Both the position numbers and the translations under genes were made by a program. The notes under the pieces were generated by a model. That model did not search any database. It worked only from the letters and a program-made list of their open reading frames with translations, and was not told where the DNA came from. A stretch of 64,000 nt of DNA. Origin: Octopus sinensis (Eukaryota). Numbering within the stretch: the first letter of the stretch is position 1; every line of letters begins with the position of its first letter. The stretch is taken from positions 109,182,001 through 109,246,000 of the forward strand of contig NC_043001.1 in the NCBI RefSeq assembly GCF_006345805.1, written 5' to 3'. Below, one piece after another: positions 36,752-51,232 of the stretch.

Positions 36752-39700
36752 CTTATGCTTATAGATATGCTAGTATATTAGAGTCTTCCTTACCTTGATT
36801 TTTGCAGATATAGTATATCCGGGATTATATTTTTTGTAGTTCTTGCAAAAAATATACAGGCTCCATTCTTAGCTCAAACGTTAACATGATTTACATAAGT
36901 CGATGGATGGCTCATGTTAAACTAATTTTACTTTTCTTTAAAAAGAAATATTTATCTCATCTTTCACTAGACATACATCTTATGTAAGTCACTTATTATT
37001 TAGATTTGTTTTTTGTTAAAAATAATATGAAACAGCATTTGTATTTTATTTTAACTTTGTTTTTCGTATGTGTAAAAAAAAACTTTACTGACTTACTCAT
37101 CAGATATCTTTAAAATGTGATTAAATAAGTGGATATTTTCGAAGCCTCTAAATATGTTGCTTCACGAAATACAGTCCTCGAGGAAACACAATATTTTAGA
37201 TACTGACTGGCGACGTCTTGATAGTTTGACAAAATTAAGCGATGGGAATGGTGGTGCAGATTTCAAAATTTAATGAAAATATTAGAAAAGACGCTTGTAC
37301 AGAAAAATCTTTCCCTCTTCGTTGACTAAAAAGATGGTAATTATTTCTTTCATCTAATAAGGAGAGTACAGGAGCCAGCTTCTATAAATGGCTGAAGCGG
37401 GAAGACCAAAAATGGCTTGAAAGTCATAACATGCCGGCAGTAAAATAACATCACTAGGTGAGACAAGCTGACTGACAGACGACGGTCTCGATTAGATAAT
37501 GCGTGGGCTAAGACGACGTGCCTTCATTGGTCAGTTAAAGTTGAGACAGTATCACGTGACAACTTGCTGGGGCTTCCTGCTGGAGCCTAGCAGCAGGTAT
37601 TTAAAGGGAAAAAATTTGACAAGGCAGTGAATCGCCCGCTGACACTCGTTGACGCTACATCGAAGAGGCCAGAGAACAGAAGAAAGAAGAAGAAGAAGAC
37701 ATATACCCAAAACCAGAGCTGAAGAAACCTCCGAAAGGGGCGGGGGAGGTGCCACGTCAAAACGGTAGAGGAGTAGGGGCCGAAACCGGACGTGGTTCCT
37801 CCTGATGATGTCTTGAGCTAACTGGATCCTATAAAGGAGCTGCTGCGGTAGCAGACCACGAAACACGGTTGAAATTCCTCAGTTAGGAAAGTATTCTTAC
37901 TATAGGACTGCTACAAATATGATTGATACTCAGTGGCAAAAATATGATTACATTCGTATCCTGGAAATGTGTTATCTTAAAATGCTACTGAAATATGTCT
38001 GCAATACAAAGAATATAATTTTGTTTTGTATCGAATCCTGTATATTCAAAGATACCGAGGAATTTTCGAGAAAAAATTAAATAAAGAAATTCGATGGCAG
38101 TAATTAGTCAAAAAGTTCATATGAGAGCTTCTGGCAATTGCTACGAATTAAATTAGATTGCTGAAGTTTTGCATTTATTTCTGGTGCTGACAAAGATGTG
38201 CAAGAAGTGAGAGAGAGGATTATTGTTGCGCATCTTCCACCACATATAGATATATACATAACATACACACACAGACATTTACACTCAATCACATACATAT
38301 ACACATAAACATTGCACAAATACACACACATACATATGGGAATTAGGCTGCGAGGTAATTAAAACATGGAAAAAATGATCTGTAATGGAATTGTAGAAAG
38401 GGCCCATGTTTTCTGAAGGTGCAAGGCAACGATGAGAAGATCATACAAAGAAAGCGGAATGTGGTAACTAGCATGAGCTGGAAACAAAATGCAACACAAC
38501 TTAAATATCTTAGATTGTTGACAGTATAGAATTTTCTAAATTTTGAATGAACAAAATCTTTGCTCCGTCGTAAATAACATTAGACGCAAGTTCATAGAGC
38601 TACGCCTATGTTTATGCGCATGTCCATACATACATCTGTGTCCTTATCCAAATTACAGAGGTGCACACAAAGCGATTATCAAAACGTACTATCTGCGTTA
38701 CCAGTGTGAATACATTTCTGAGCATGAGGTACGCACAATTATAAGAGATTCAGGATGAAAGCCAAAATCTTTGAACTATGAACAAAAAGGGCCCCATCTA
38801 AATACTGAGTAAAGGTTTCCCAATACTCTCATGATACTGCCATAAAAAACCCTCGTTGCAGTGATTAACTAACATGATTTATAAGTAATCCAGATTATTG
38901 TAATTTAATGAAGATGTTACGAGAGGTATTGAAGTATGCGAAGTAAAACGACAGCAAAACATTCGTGGATTGCTGAATAATTTAAGATTAAATTGATTGA
39001 TTCAAATTATTCTTCGCGAGTGAGCTGGAGTGACTTGAATAATGGGACAATAATATTTTATTTGCCTTCTTTGTTAAGTTACATGCAAGGCTAGGTTCTG
39101 GAAATATCCTCACAGATATAAAAAAGAAAAGTTTCCCTCATCTACAACTAATATAATGCTACTTAATCTACGACTACTAAACTCGGAATAATATATCCTG
39201 TAGGAATAATCTCTCCTATAGTACAGCAGTGAAGGAGATTACTAACTGTTTAATCCAATCTACGTACAAATTTCAGTTTTTACAATGGATTACCAGTATC
39301 TTTTATCAGTTTGCGTGTGTAAAGTCACGCTCATTTAGGATACTTGCTCAGCTATCGCCGATACGTTCCGTTCAGACATTCATCTCTTGCCTCCCGTGAG
39401 GAAGAAATCAATGGAATTTGATTCCTGCAATTTTGAAACAAGTCTACCAAAAAATTAAAAGGAAGGAAATATTTACTTAACGTAGCATTTTCTTTGCGAA
39501 ACAACGAAAACCCAGAAGCTTAATATCTAGTGAAATATATCAGCTATATATGGTAAGCTCAGCAGAATAAAAACGAAAAAGGCTGTGTTTAAATAGTTTT
39601 GATTGAAAAATGATACACCAAAATCTATGCATTTCTAAAATTCTGTTACAATCTGATTAATCTATGAAGGCAGTTTATGGAGAAGGATAGACGCCATTTC

Positions 39701-40045
39701 GTCTAAAGTTGGATGTCTTGTCATCTCATTTAGTAGTAGATTGCAGAAAACAAAAACAAAAGTTGTTTCATTTTGGGTTTGCAGCGGCAGAAATGGAAGA
39801 AAAATATGTGTTTACTTTATAACCTCGAGTTATTTCTGTTACCAGCAAATATAGTGTAAAAATACCACGGAGAATTAATACTTGTAGCTACGCAAGTGTT
39901 TATATAATAAGTACTTAATAAAATACTTCAGGAATAAACGATTAGAAAAGGAAGCATTCAGCTTAAAGGCTCTCAATATATATACATGCATACATACAAA
40001 CGCCCGCACGCCCGCACAGAAACACACACGGACACACACACTTAC

Positions 40046-40091
<46 letters not shown>

Positions 40092-40529
40092 TGAGAGACA
40101 AACAGTAAATAGGGTATTCTATATAAACAAATAAGAAAATATGTCTTGTCATAAGGGAGTCTTTGCTGTTTTTCGAAATGAAAAGAAAGGAAAGCTAAAA
40201 GAATTATCAAACGATTTACGTTTCAGAAAGAGGAAAACAAAATCGCGTCAAACTAGCAATTTCATATTTCTCTTCTAAATTATTCCATCTCTAAATATTG
40301 GTTTCAAATTTGGCGCAATGCCAGCATTTTAGGAGGAGGGATTAGGTTGATTACTTCGAGTCTCGTCTGAGAAAAGCCAAAGCACCTTCGGTTGGGGGCG
40401 GATGCTTGGGTTTGTTCAAAAGCTTCGTAGATCAGGGTCGATGAATTAAGTACTAGTTACGTACTGGGGTCTATCTAATCGACTGGCCCCTCCCCACAAT
40501 TTTGGGGTATGTGCTTAAAGTAGAAATGA

Positions 40530-40597
<68 letters not shown>

Positions 40598-40646
40598 ATA
40601 TATATATATATATATATTATATATTATATATATATATATATAAATG

Positions 40647-40733
<87 letters not shown>

Positions 40734-40736
40734 ATA

Positions 40737-40779
<43 letters not shown>

Positions 40780-40780
<1 letters not shown>

Positions 40781-42058
40781 TGCCGCCATTTTATATTTAT
40801 AATTTCACGCGTTCTCATTGTTTGTTTTTGATTTTGTCAACTACACAGTATTGTAGCGTCAGTTGCGCATCGTCAGTGAAAAAAAAAAACAGCACCATGA
40901 CGCAATTCAATCTGCCAGAAATTTGGAAACGACATGCTGTACTTCTTGGCATTCCCGCTGGAAGCTCCAATACGAACGTTTCAGAGGCTTTGTGTGTCAA
41001 TCGGAGGACAGTGCAGAGGATTCGGAAAAAGTTGGATGAGTCTAATTGGATGAGCTTAATTGTGATTACGAAGGCACGGCTGCTCAGAAAAAAACTCATT
41101 CTGATTGTTCTGATAAGAAAAGAACTCGTGAATTTGTTGGTGAGATCCAGGCCAGGATGGACAACGATCCCGCCAAATCAATCAGATATTTCGCTAAGGA
41201 TAAGAGGGTGTTCGATTTCTACATTGGGGCGGTAGTGCATGACGACATTCGGTATTCCTCATACAATATGAGAAAGGGTCAAGTTTTATCGCAAGCCATC
41301 AAAGGCAAGAGGAAAGACCGCACTACGAAGCTTTTGAACAAACCCAAGCATCCGCCCCCAACCGAACGTTCTTTGGTTTTCCTCAGACGAGAAAAATTTC
41401 TGTCAGGATCAGAACACACAGAACAACCGTTGGCTTGCTGTGTACCCAAAATATGTACCCAAAATGATACAAATCAAACATCTAGTCAACATCATGGTGT
41501 TTGGAGTGATCACTAGTGATGGCAACGTTATACCTCCATTCATTTTCCCACGCGGCCTCAGACACAACACTGAGGGCTAGATCAAGTGCTTGGAGGTCAA
41601 GAGGGTGGCTGCTGGAAACCGTATGTCTGGCAACGAGACTACACAGTTCCACGCAAACAGGAAAAATGCAGTCATGCCTGACAGATAATTTCTGCGACTA
41701 CAGCACCCCTAACATATAGTCACCTAACTCCCCAGTCTTCAACCCCCTTGCTTATTGTGTGTGGGGGCAGTTACACGAGAGACCAACAAAGCTCCTTGTA
41801 ACACTAAAGATGAAGGCAAAGATTACGGCAGCATTCACGAACTTAAACAAGGAGACCGTCAAGAAGAGTTGCAGAAGATTCGGGAGTCTTCCCGAGGCCG
41901 TGGTTGAAGGCAATGGCGATTTCATTGAATATGTTTACTCTTTCGTATTTCAAAATATTTTTATGTAATTTTTAGTAAATATATCTGTAAAAATAAGATG
42001 TTAATGTCATTTCCATTTTTGTGTAATTTAGACGATAATTTATTCACCGCACCCAGTG
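40780..42058 (+). mobile_element. Defective maT-like DNA transposon
   Basis: Contains the pseudogene above; TIR-like right end TAATTTATTCACCGCACCCAGTG at ~42036-42058; left TIR not found (replaced by (TA)n). Confidence 0.65.
40897..41968 (+). pseudogene. Tc1/mariner-superfamily transposase pseudogene, DD37D (maT-like)
   Basis: HTH region (VNRRTVQRIRKKL), WFSSDEKNF, NTQNNRW, IMVFGVITSDG, VWQRD, SPNSPVFNPLAY, EAVVEGNGDFIE. D2-to-D3 distance is 113 nt versus 114 expected for DD37D. Several frameshifts and stops. Confidence 0.82.
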
Positions 42059-43623
42059 CATGCACACACACATACACACACCCATATATATATATATATA
42101 TATATGAAACGAAAGCGAGCTACAAAGCTTGCATGCAGATTTGTAAAGAAAGCAATATACGATCAAGAATAGGTTAATGACTTTATTTTAAGCGGTTATT
42201 GTGACTATAAATAAGTTCTCGTTTTTCCGATTCTCGTGCAATCACATAAATGAAATAATGAATCCAGACACGGAAAAAATATTTCTTTTAAATATTGTAT
42301 TTTCGTGCTATCAATCTGGAATCTTTTGATGCAGTGAGAACGTGATATATTATTGTATAATACAGTCTGTTGTTCACACGCTAGTTTGTTTGATATACAC
42401 CGACATAAAGATCGAAAATTTGATGCACGATAGCAAAGCTTTTTTAAAACGGTTTTTAGATTGTGTGCCAATGCATTACGCATCTATTTGTCTTTTATCC
42501 AATAAGTAATCCTTGATACATTTGTCCTATTAAGAGGTATCAAAAACAGAATAAGACACCTGAATATGCATTTTCGTTTTAATTTGTTTCAAGAAAAAAA
42601 AGTATCGTGTATTTATGATGGAAACTTTATGAAATATTATTGTGTTATGCTCTGCTAAGCGAAGATCACAGCTTTTGTAAACACAGTTTATGAGATTTGC
42701 CGTATTGTATACACATATATGTGTTTCAAATTTTATATAATTTCATATTTTGCTTATGTTCCTATATTTCTTATATTCAATATAATGCTATCCTAACCTA
42801 CGATCATGAAATTTAAAAAAAAGTTTCTAGCTTTCTTCTTATCATAAATTGCTATATTACAAATTACGTAACGTTTCGGTATTAGTGGTGCAGTGAAGCT
42901 ATGTATTGTATTAGTGTGAGGAGTTTTATTTTCTCGTTGATAGACACATATGTTCACAAAAATATTATTTTATTGTTGAGCACCTTTTGTACAATGAAAA
43001 TAGAGTGAAAATTATCAACCATTCATCTCCATGTTAATAAAAAAATATACAAACTCCCATCAGAAATTAAAATAATTAACGCTTTAATGAACAGACGGGA
43101 GATATAAAGAAAAAATTATACTAGAACGCATATTTTTCTACGAGAATTGTACATTTGAGAGACTAAAAAGCTAATATGGTTTCAAACCTCGGATGTGTAT
43201 CTTTTAATGATTGGTGAAGATATCTGGTATGATCTGTTTCGCATTATCAAGGCAGAAGGATTACTAAATCATATAGGTAGCTTTCAACTTTTTTACGTCT
43301 TTATGCATATTCAAAACTTCCCATTCGTCTGTGGACAAAATAAGCTAATAATTAAATAATAAAAATAAGCTCTGTTAAACCGACATTACTACGTATTCTA
43401 TGAATAGTACCTTCTCACATTCGAAACCAAAATTTATAGCTTTTATAGGAAAATGAATGCATTAGCAAATCGACCAAACTAAAACATAGAGTAAAATGGC
43501 TATGTCTTGTAAATCATATTGCTTATATAAGGAACTTTTTAGATGATCAAGTAATTGAGACAAGTAAACTCACAGAACGAAAAAGAAAGGGTTCATAACT
43601 ACATACTGTTTCCAACAACACCC

Positions 43624-43686
<63 letters not shown>

Positions 43687-43844
43687 GCATTCAAATATCT
43701 AAGTTATCCTTGTGTCTGACAAAATCAACTATATATTTAAGTTGATATAATAGAGCTTTATCCCTTCGGTTTCTGAGTGAGTTCTGCTTAAAGCCTTATC
43801 ATTCGTCACCACTTCTAAAATTATTTGGTCAAAGGGTCTAAGAT

Positions 43845-44062
43845 TTCTAGCTGGCAGAATCGTTAATCGTTAGTGCGCTGGGCAAAATGCTAAGCGGCAT
43901 TTCATCCGTCTTTACATTCCGAGTTCCAGAGCCTCCGAGGTAGACTTTTCCATCCGTCCTTTCGGGAATGACAAAATAAGAATCAATTGAGTGCTGCGAT
44001 CAATGCAATTGATTTAGGCCTCCCATGAAATTTCTGGCCTTGTACCAAAATTTGAAACCGAT
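43845..44062 (+). mobile_element. SINE family B
   Basis: Diverged full copy. Confidence 0.65.
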
Positions 44063-44397
44063 ATTATACATACGAGGATCTATGCTGTAAAGACCGCCCT
44101 TACTAGACTTATTGCTAATGTATTATTGGATGCACAAATGGGAAGCTGTACGGTCATAAATATTTATAATATGAAAGGAGTTTAGAAATATTTCCCACAT
44201 CTCAGATCTTACAGAGAAGATTGTTTGTGCCCCGTAAGTGGTCTCCATGAGAGAAATTTCAAAAATAATTTCAAGCATTTAAATTAACATTCAAGTCAAC
44301 ACCAGCGTTAGTATATTTGCATTTTATACACATTGCTTTAGACTTTAAACCTGGTGAATTATATATCGACATGTAACCGAATGAGATATTAATATTC

Positions 44398-44795
44398 ATT
44401 TCTACTCTGGACACAAGGCCCGAAATTTTATGGGAGGGGTGGCCAGTCGACTAGATCGACGCCAGTACGCAACTGGTACTTAATTTATCGACCCCAAAAG
44501 GATGAAAGGCAAAGTCGACCTCGGCGGAATTTGAACTTAGAACGTAAAGACAGACGAAATACCGCTAAGCATTTCACCCGGCCTTTCTAAGGTTTCTTAT
44601 TTCTTTACTGCCCACAAGGAATTACAAACAGAGGGGACAAACAAGGACAGGCAAACGGATTAGTCGATTATATCGACCCCAGTGCGTAACTAGTACTTAT
44701 TTAATCGACCCCGTCGGGCGAAAAGCTTAGCGGTATTTCGTCTGCCGCTACGTACTGAGTTTCAAATTCGGCCGAGGTCGACTTTGCCTTTCATC
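44398..44795. mobile_element. Cluster of family B SINE pieces (two minus, one plus)
   Basis: 44398-44590 (-), 44595-44712 (-), 44713-44795 (+). Confidence 0.7.
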
Positions 44796-45302
44796 TTGAT
44801 TATTTAGCAACAAAAGCAAAACAGCGAAATGAAAGTTCAATTGGATTAGTGAATTCTTGGGAAAAAATCACAATGAACAAAATGTCTGCATACGGACATC
44901 AACAAAGTCAAAATTAATCAGAACAGAGCGACCCACCCGGATTTCCCAAACAGAAGTATCGGCTTGCAAGTGAGATTCCAGACCAAAAATACTGAACTGT
45001 GAGTCAGTTTTCTCGTTACTGATGAGATGTATTATAAATGCTTTTAAGCCGTCTGATTCTATCTGAATTAGTCTTTTCAACCATTGATTAGCTGTGGTAT
45101 AACAACTATCATTGCGTTGTGTTATTGCAACCACTGGCAAATTATTTCAGCCACAATTCTGTTTCCTCATTGTAGCTACCATTTACCTGCTACAATGCAA
45201 CATGGCGGTCATCTAAAAACCAATACATTACTATTATCACCAATTTATTTCATTAATATCTCCACGAAGTTTTATTCTTAAATTTAACATCTTAAATTTA
45301 AC

Positions 45303-45718
45303 ATAGGCGTAGAAGTGGCTGTGTGGTAAGTTGCTTGCTTACGAGCCACATGGTTCCGGGTTCAGTCCCACTACGTGGCACCTTGGGCAAGTGTCTTCTA
45401 CTATAGCCTCGGGCCGACCAAAGCCTTGTGAGTGGATTTGGAAGACGGAAACTGAAAGAAGCCCGTTGTACATATGTATATATATGTATGTGTATGTATA
45501 TGTTTGCGTGACTGTTTGTACCTCCAACATCACTTGACAACCGATGCTGATATGTTTACGTGCCCGTAACGTAGCGGTTCGGTAAAAAGAGCCCGATAGA
45601 ATAAGTACTAGGCTTACAATGAATAAGTCCTGGGGTCGATTTGCTCGACTAAAGGTGGTGCTTCAGCATGGCCGCAGTGAAATGACTGAAACAAGTAAAA
45701 GAGTAAAAGAGTAAAAGA
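45303..45718 (+). mobile_element. Full-length tRNA-derived SINE, family A (octopus OK/OR-like)
   Basis: Head GGCGTAGAAGTGGCTGTGTGGTAAG...GGTTCAGTCCC (A/B boxes), central TA/TG tract, tail CAGCATGGCCGCAG...TGACTGAAACAAGTAAAAGAG. Confidence 0.8.
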
Positions 45719-45726
45719 GAGTATCT

Positions 45727-45940
45727 AGGCAGTGAGCTGGTAGAATCATTAGGACGCCAGACAAAATGCTCAGCGATATTTTATCCGACTTTACGCTCTG
45801 AGTTCACATTCCGCCGAGGTCAGTGTTTCTCGTCTTCCTTTTGAGGTCCATAAAATAAGTACCAATCAACATTGGGGCGAAGTAATCAACTAGCTCCTTC
45901 CGCCAAAATATCAGGCCCTGTGCCTATGGTAGAGAGGATT
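45727..45940 (+). mobile_element. SINE family B directly after a family A copy
   Basis: AGGCAGTGAGCTGGTAGAATC head. Confidence 0.7.
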
Positions 45941-46199
45941 ATAACCCTTAACATTAAGACGCTTCGTAATATAACCACCACTGATTTCTGATATTGAAAA
46001 TATTACACAGTCGTGTCATTAGAAAAGTTAAGATCTCGTTACATTTAAATTTGAACTCTTTTCAATGCAACTAAAAATTAGAGGTACCTAAGATTACCGG
46101 TTTAATTATGACCTTGGCCACCAGACTGATCTCGTTTTAAGTGTCTGATACGTCGGGTTACAGACAATGCTGATTTTCTTTTAAAAAAAAAACACTTCT

Positions 46200-46325
46200 G
46201 AGTTCTATATTTGAGAGATGAGGAATTATGTAGATTTTGTTTGTTGTTAACACAACATTTTGGCTGATATACTCTCCAGCCTTCATCAGGTGTGTTGGGG
46301 AAATTTCGAACCGGGGTATCATTTT
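46200..46325 (-). mobile_element. Penelope-like pLTR remnant (family 2) with a decayed minimal hammerhead at 46250-46293
   Basis: Minus strand reads ACAC-CUGAUGA-A-GGCUG GAGAGUAUAU CAGCC-AAAAU-GUU-GUGU; helices I and II are intact but GAAAC has become AAAAU. Confidence 0.6.
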
Positions 46326-48227
46326 ATTTTTTTTTCCTTCTTTCTTCAAATCTTCTTCCATTTCTCGCCGATTGTTTTCCGTACACCTAGGGCAGAGAAG
46401 CTCATTGTATGCATTCTCAGATTACACACGCAAATTCACAGGTACAATATGTTTTTTAAAAAATTAATAAATAAATATATTCATGAATGGATGTTGTTTT
46501 CACAGCGATAATACTTTTCTCAGTACATGAGTCATTCCAGTTACTGCTATTTAAATTAAATTTATTTTATAAATTATTGCTTTGTGGACAATGTGTAATT
46601 TCTCACAAAGACATAATTGACAATTGTTTGTCCCAGCCGAGTAGTGATTACGGAGGGGTCCTGTCAATGATAGACCTAATTCAATTTATCTTATAAATGA
46701 TTGATTACAAATATTTTCCCAACTTTTATTGTTGTCTTTGTATGATCTATTATTTAATTAGTTTATCTCCTTAAACGTCATTTAAATATACATTGGTTGC
46801 TCCATTTAACCCAGGAATTTCAATCAAGATATCTCGTAGATTCTTGACCTTAATTAAAAAACACTTCCGTAGAACCCACATGTATTATTAACTCTTCAAC
46901 CCCACCAGAAAGACAAAATGTCAGTTAGACCTGCTTGGGCAATATCGCTTTTAATATCTCACGCAACAATAGATGCGCACACACATACACACACATACAT
47001 ACACACACACACTCATACATCTACGTAGTTTCTAATGTATAACTCAGCCTGTACCAATCGAAATTCTCCCTACTGCTCACCAAGAGGATCCTGTTTCTCA
47101 AAAGCTGTGAAATATAGTGCTAGCTTCACACTTTTACAACGCACTACACAGACATGACAGTCGGTGATTGAAAGGAAGATATTCACAGCACATGCACTCC
47201 TTCAGGTGCAAGGATTGGGTAACCCCCACGCCCTTGTCTTATTTTATCTGGAGACTCTGTGACTTCCCAACATCGATTGGACCACCATTGATAGGGCCCC
47301 TCTACACTCACTACTTAGCTGGAATACGCAATCTTCACGTGAAATTACACATACACCAACCCGCTTTGTCCATTAGCAAGAAGAACGACAAAATCTATTG
47401 TTTGCACCAGAGATGCCTCTTGACATTTAAGCCACTGGCAGCCAACAATCCATATATACAACCTCAGCCTTGGCTTCTCCAACAACAAGGACACAGTATT
47501 TAACTCCTGCCGCCCATAGAAAGCTTAGCTACGTCCATGCTAACAATCCAACTTAGCACCACCAAATCTTAATCCAGCACCACAAGTTCTAGTTAATCCC
47601 TCGGAAAGGTTGTTGCAGCTACAGTATAAGTTGACCAGTAACTCGCGATAACACCCCATTCTGCCATGGGATGACACTAAATATACAATAGTGCAGACTA
47701 CAGACTTAACGGCAACAGATACCTACAAGGTATTTGTACCGTGAGTTGATTATTAGAAGTGTCACATTTGGACTGCCAACTTCAATTAGCCTCATGTCCT
47801 CTTAGTCGATGTCCAGAGGCTTGACCAGTTACGTTTGTTCTACGAGCCTAGGTAACACGTTGCATGGAGCTGAGTCGAACATTCATTAAATAATATATGT
47901 GTGTACGTATGCATGTTAAATATATGTATACATGTAAATATATGTGTGTGTGTGTGCATGTGTGTGTTAAGACTTAAATCTCGATTTCTGAGCCTTTCCC
48001 TAAGTCCGCGACGTAGAAAATCCACGATTTTGTCTTCGTATAGAGTCTGACGAGCTGTCCACAAGACTTTGGCTTTGTGGATACCAAACCTTTGGTAACT
48101 CTATGTCCAAAATTTAAATTTCTGTTGTAATAATCACTGCTCTGTTCTTTAGAATATGCTTCTTTTCTGATATATATTTTATTGATTATGTCTATATATG
48201 CATATATATATATATATATAAACACAT

Positions 48228-48277
<50 letters not shown>

Positions 48278-49221
48278 GTGTATATATATATATATATTAT
48301 ATATATATATATATATATAGATATATATATATATATATATAAACACATATACATATATATATAAATGTACTCTCAAAAAAACTCCCCTAAATAGGAGTTG
48401 GAAAACCATTAAAGTGAATTGATGATTGCGTGCTGAGATTGCGTTAGTCAAAAACTGGAAATGAAAATGATTTTGAAATATAAAATAAGTACATAAAAAT
48501 GTGAGCGCAAAAACAGTCATTAACAGACACGCATTCAGACAGATATTTGTCGCATAGTCATAGATTAGACTTAGAAATATACACACGCACACGATCAGGC
48601 ATCTAAAGCGGAGACAGACACGTTTATTGATAAAGGTAGAAAGAGAAATTCACAGCCGCATACACACACACACACACAGAGGAATTCTCACTTGAATATT
48701 AATTTAAAACAGAGCAAACAATGAAGCTTCCATGTAAGTAATACAGATGCACGTTCCGGTATATAAACACGCGATCTGACACACTTAGATGTATTTGCAC
48801 ACACACAGGAAACACAGGCGCGCAATCGAACACACACACACACACACACATATGAAGGTGTTTGAAACTCCTGTACAGGTGCCCGAAATACATATATTCT
48901 GACAAGGTTAGATATAATGCAGACTCAAACACATTCACACACATAGACACACACACATGCAAGCAGCCACGCATGAGAATATTTTTATATGCTCTCATGT
49001 GGAAGCGTAAGAACACAAATAGGCAAGCAGTTTAACCACACATTCAGGTCTACAGAAACACAAGAATACAGAGACAAATAAGTTTATAAAATCCATACGA
49101 ATGAAATGAAATTCTTTAGGGTTTTCTGATACGTGTCATTATAGATAATATTGAGTAAGCTAAGATGAAAAGAAGGCAGAGGGGAAAATTATGAAATTTA
49201 AGGAATATATAAGTTATAATC

Positions 49222-49980
49222 TTTTCTACTCTAGGCACAAAGTTCGAGATTTTGGGGAGGGGAGCCAGTCGATTAGATCGACACCAGTGCGCAACTGATA
49301 CTTATTTTATCGACACCGAAAGGATGAAAGGCAAAGTCGACCTCGGCGAAATTTGAACTCAGAACATAAACACGGGTGAAATACCGCTAAGCATTTCGTC
49401 CAGTGTGCAAACGATCGCGCCAGCTTGCCGCCTTCGCACACCCTCGTATAATAATAGATGTACAATCTTTCTCCTGATGGATCTAAGGAGAGGAGAAAAC
49501 CATGAATGAAACGGTTTATGGCATGAAGTTATATATGGTGGAAAGTAGGCCTATGATAAAAATTGCATGATTTTCCAAGAATTTTCAAACGTCTTCTGTG
49601 TCTACAACTTCGTTTTCCAAAACTGTAATCTAGTTGCATCGAATCCAGTGCTCAACTGGTACTTGATTTTTCGACGCAGAAGAATAAAAAGCAAAGTCGA
49701 TCTCGGTGGAATTTGAACTCAGAACATAAAGACGGACGAAATGCCGCTAAGCATTTTGCTCGGTGTGCTAACAATTCTGCCAGCTCGCAGACTTAAACTA
49801 CAGTATATTAATTTGAAATTTTGGCACAAGGCCAGCTATTTTGGAAGTGGGATTTATGTCAACCTCAATCCTCAGCTGGTACTTATTTTATCGACCCCAA
49901 AAAGATGAAAGGTAAAGTCGACCTCGGCGGACAATTAAACTCAGAACGTAAAACCGAACTCGATGTTGCTCAGCATTTTC
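49222..49980 (-). mobile_element. Three family B SINE copies in the same orientation (49222-49435, ~49640-49790, ~49818-49980)
   Basis: Repeated GCAAAGTCGACCTCGGCGG(A)ATTTGAACTCAGAAC-like motif. Confidence 0.7.
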
Positions 49981-50664
49981 GTCGGTGATTTTATGAGAAA
50001 TATTATCAGACGACATTTTTCATATAATTTCTAAAAGATTTTATCATATTTAATACCCTTAATTTTCATATTATTTGCTGATTGCTTCTTGCATATTAAT
50101 TAGTATTTCCGAAAACTAAAGTACCGACAGATTAGTAAGTGTATTGTTTATTAAGTTGCGGTCGTTTGCAGTCTGAGTTCAAACCCTCTGGGGTCAAACT
50201 TTCCCTTCTATCTTCGGGGCTCATTGAATAAACATAAAGTTGATTAAATGGATTTACCCTTCTTGAAATATGTAACTTTCTTCCAATTTGATAATTTAAT
50301 ATGTATTATCATGATTTGTGTATCAAGCAGTTTATTCTGTAAGCGTATACATAATTTGATTTTCAGGAGCAGTTGAAATTAAAGTCACGGAAAATGAATT
50401 AGTAAACATTTATGACGTAGTTGTGTCATTAGCAGAATATGGCAAACAAATCGTTTAGAGTTTGTGCGCATGGGGTTGGGTGTGTGTAGTACATGTAATA
50501 ATTATTCGGAATGCACTACAAACCTACGAAAATTACTAAATCACTAAAAATAATTAGGACGTTGATGGCGGCGGTGAGGAGGAGTTAAGAGAAATATAGG
50601 CCAGGATAAATTATTTGGGAAATTCCATTTTGTATTTCCAAGTTCAAGTTATGTAGGGAAACTG

Positions 50665-50919
50665 ATAGTGCTAAGAGTACTTAGTTCACAGTCAGGTGTG
50701 GTTATGGGTTCAGTCCCATTGCGTGGCGTCCTTGTTTGTCCTCTCTGTGTTTAGCCCCTTGTGGGTAGTAAAGAAATAGGAATAGGTATTTCGTCTGTCT
50801 TGATATTCTGAGTTGAAATCCCAACTTGGCCAAGTATCTTCTACTATTGCTACGAGTCAACCAACGCCTTGTGAGTGGATTTCGTAGACGGAAACTGAAA
50901 GAATCCCGTCGTATACATG

Positions 50920-51011
<92 letters not shown>

Positions 51012-51232
51012 TGTGTGTGTATGTGCGTGTGCGTGTGTGTTTGCGTCTGTGTTTTTCCCCGCCCTTTCCATCGTTTCACACCCGGTGCTAGTGTGTTTAC
51101 GTTCTCGTAACTTAGCAGTTCGGCTAAATTGGGTGAGATAAAAAGTACTGGGGTTGATACATTCGATTATACTTTCTTGCAAGCGTAGCCTCAACCTGTC
51201 CGCAATCGAATGACTGAAACAATTAAAAGGTA
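50665..51232 (+). mobile_element. SINE family A interrupted by family B fragments
   Basis: Family A head breaks at ~50727; ~95 bp of family B sequence follows; family A resumes at ~50825. Confidence 0.55.

Noticed and set aside
47190-47385. LINE endonuclease relic (LPNIDWTT...ITHTPTR)
   Set aside because: Only two short motifs, with stops and no GDFN; too degenerate to call.
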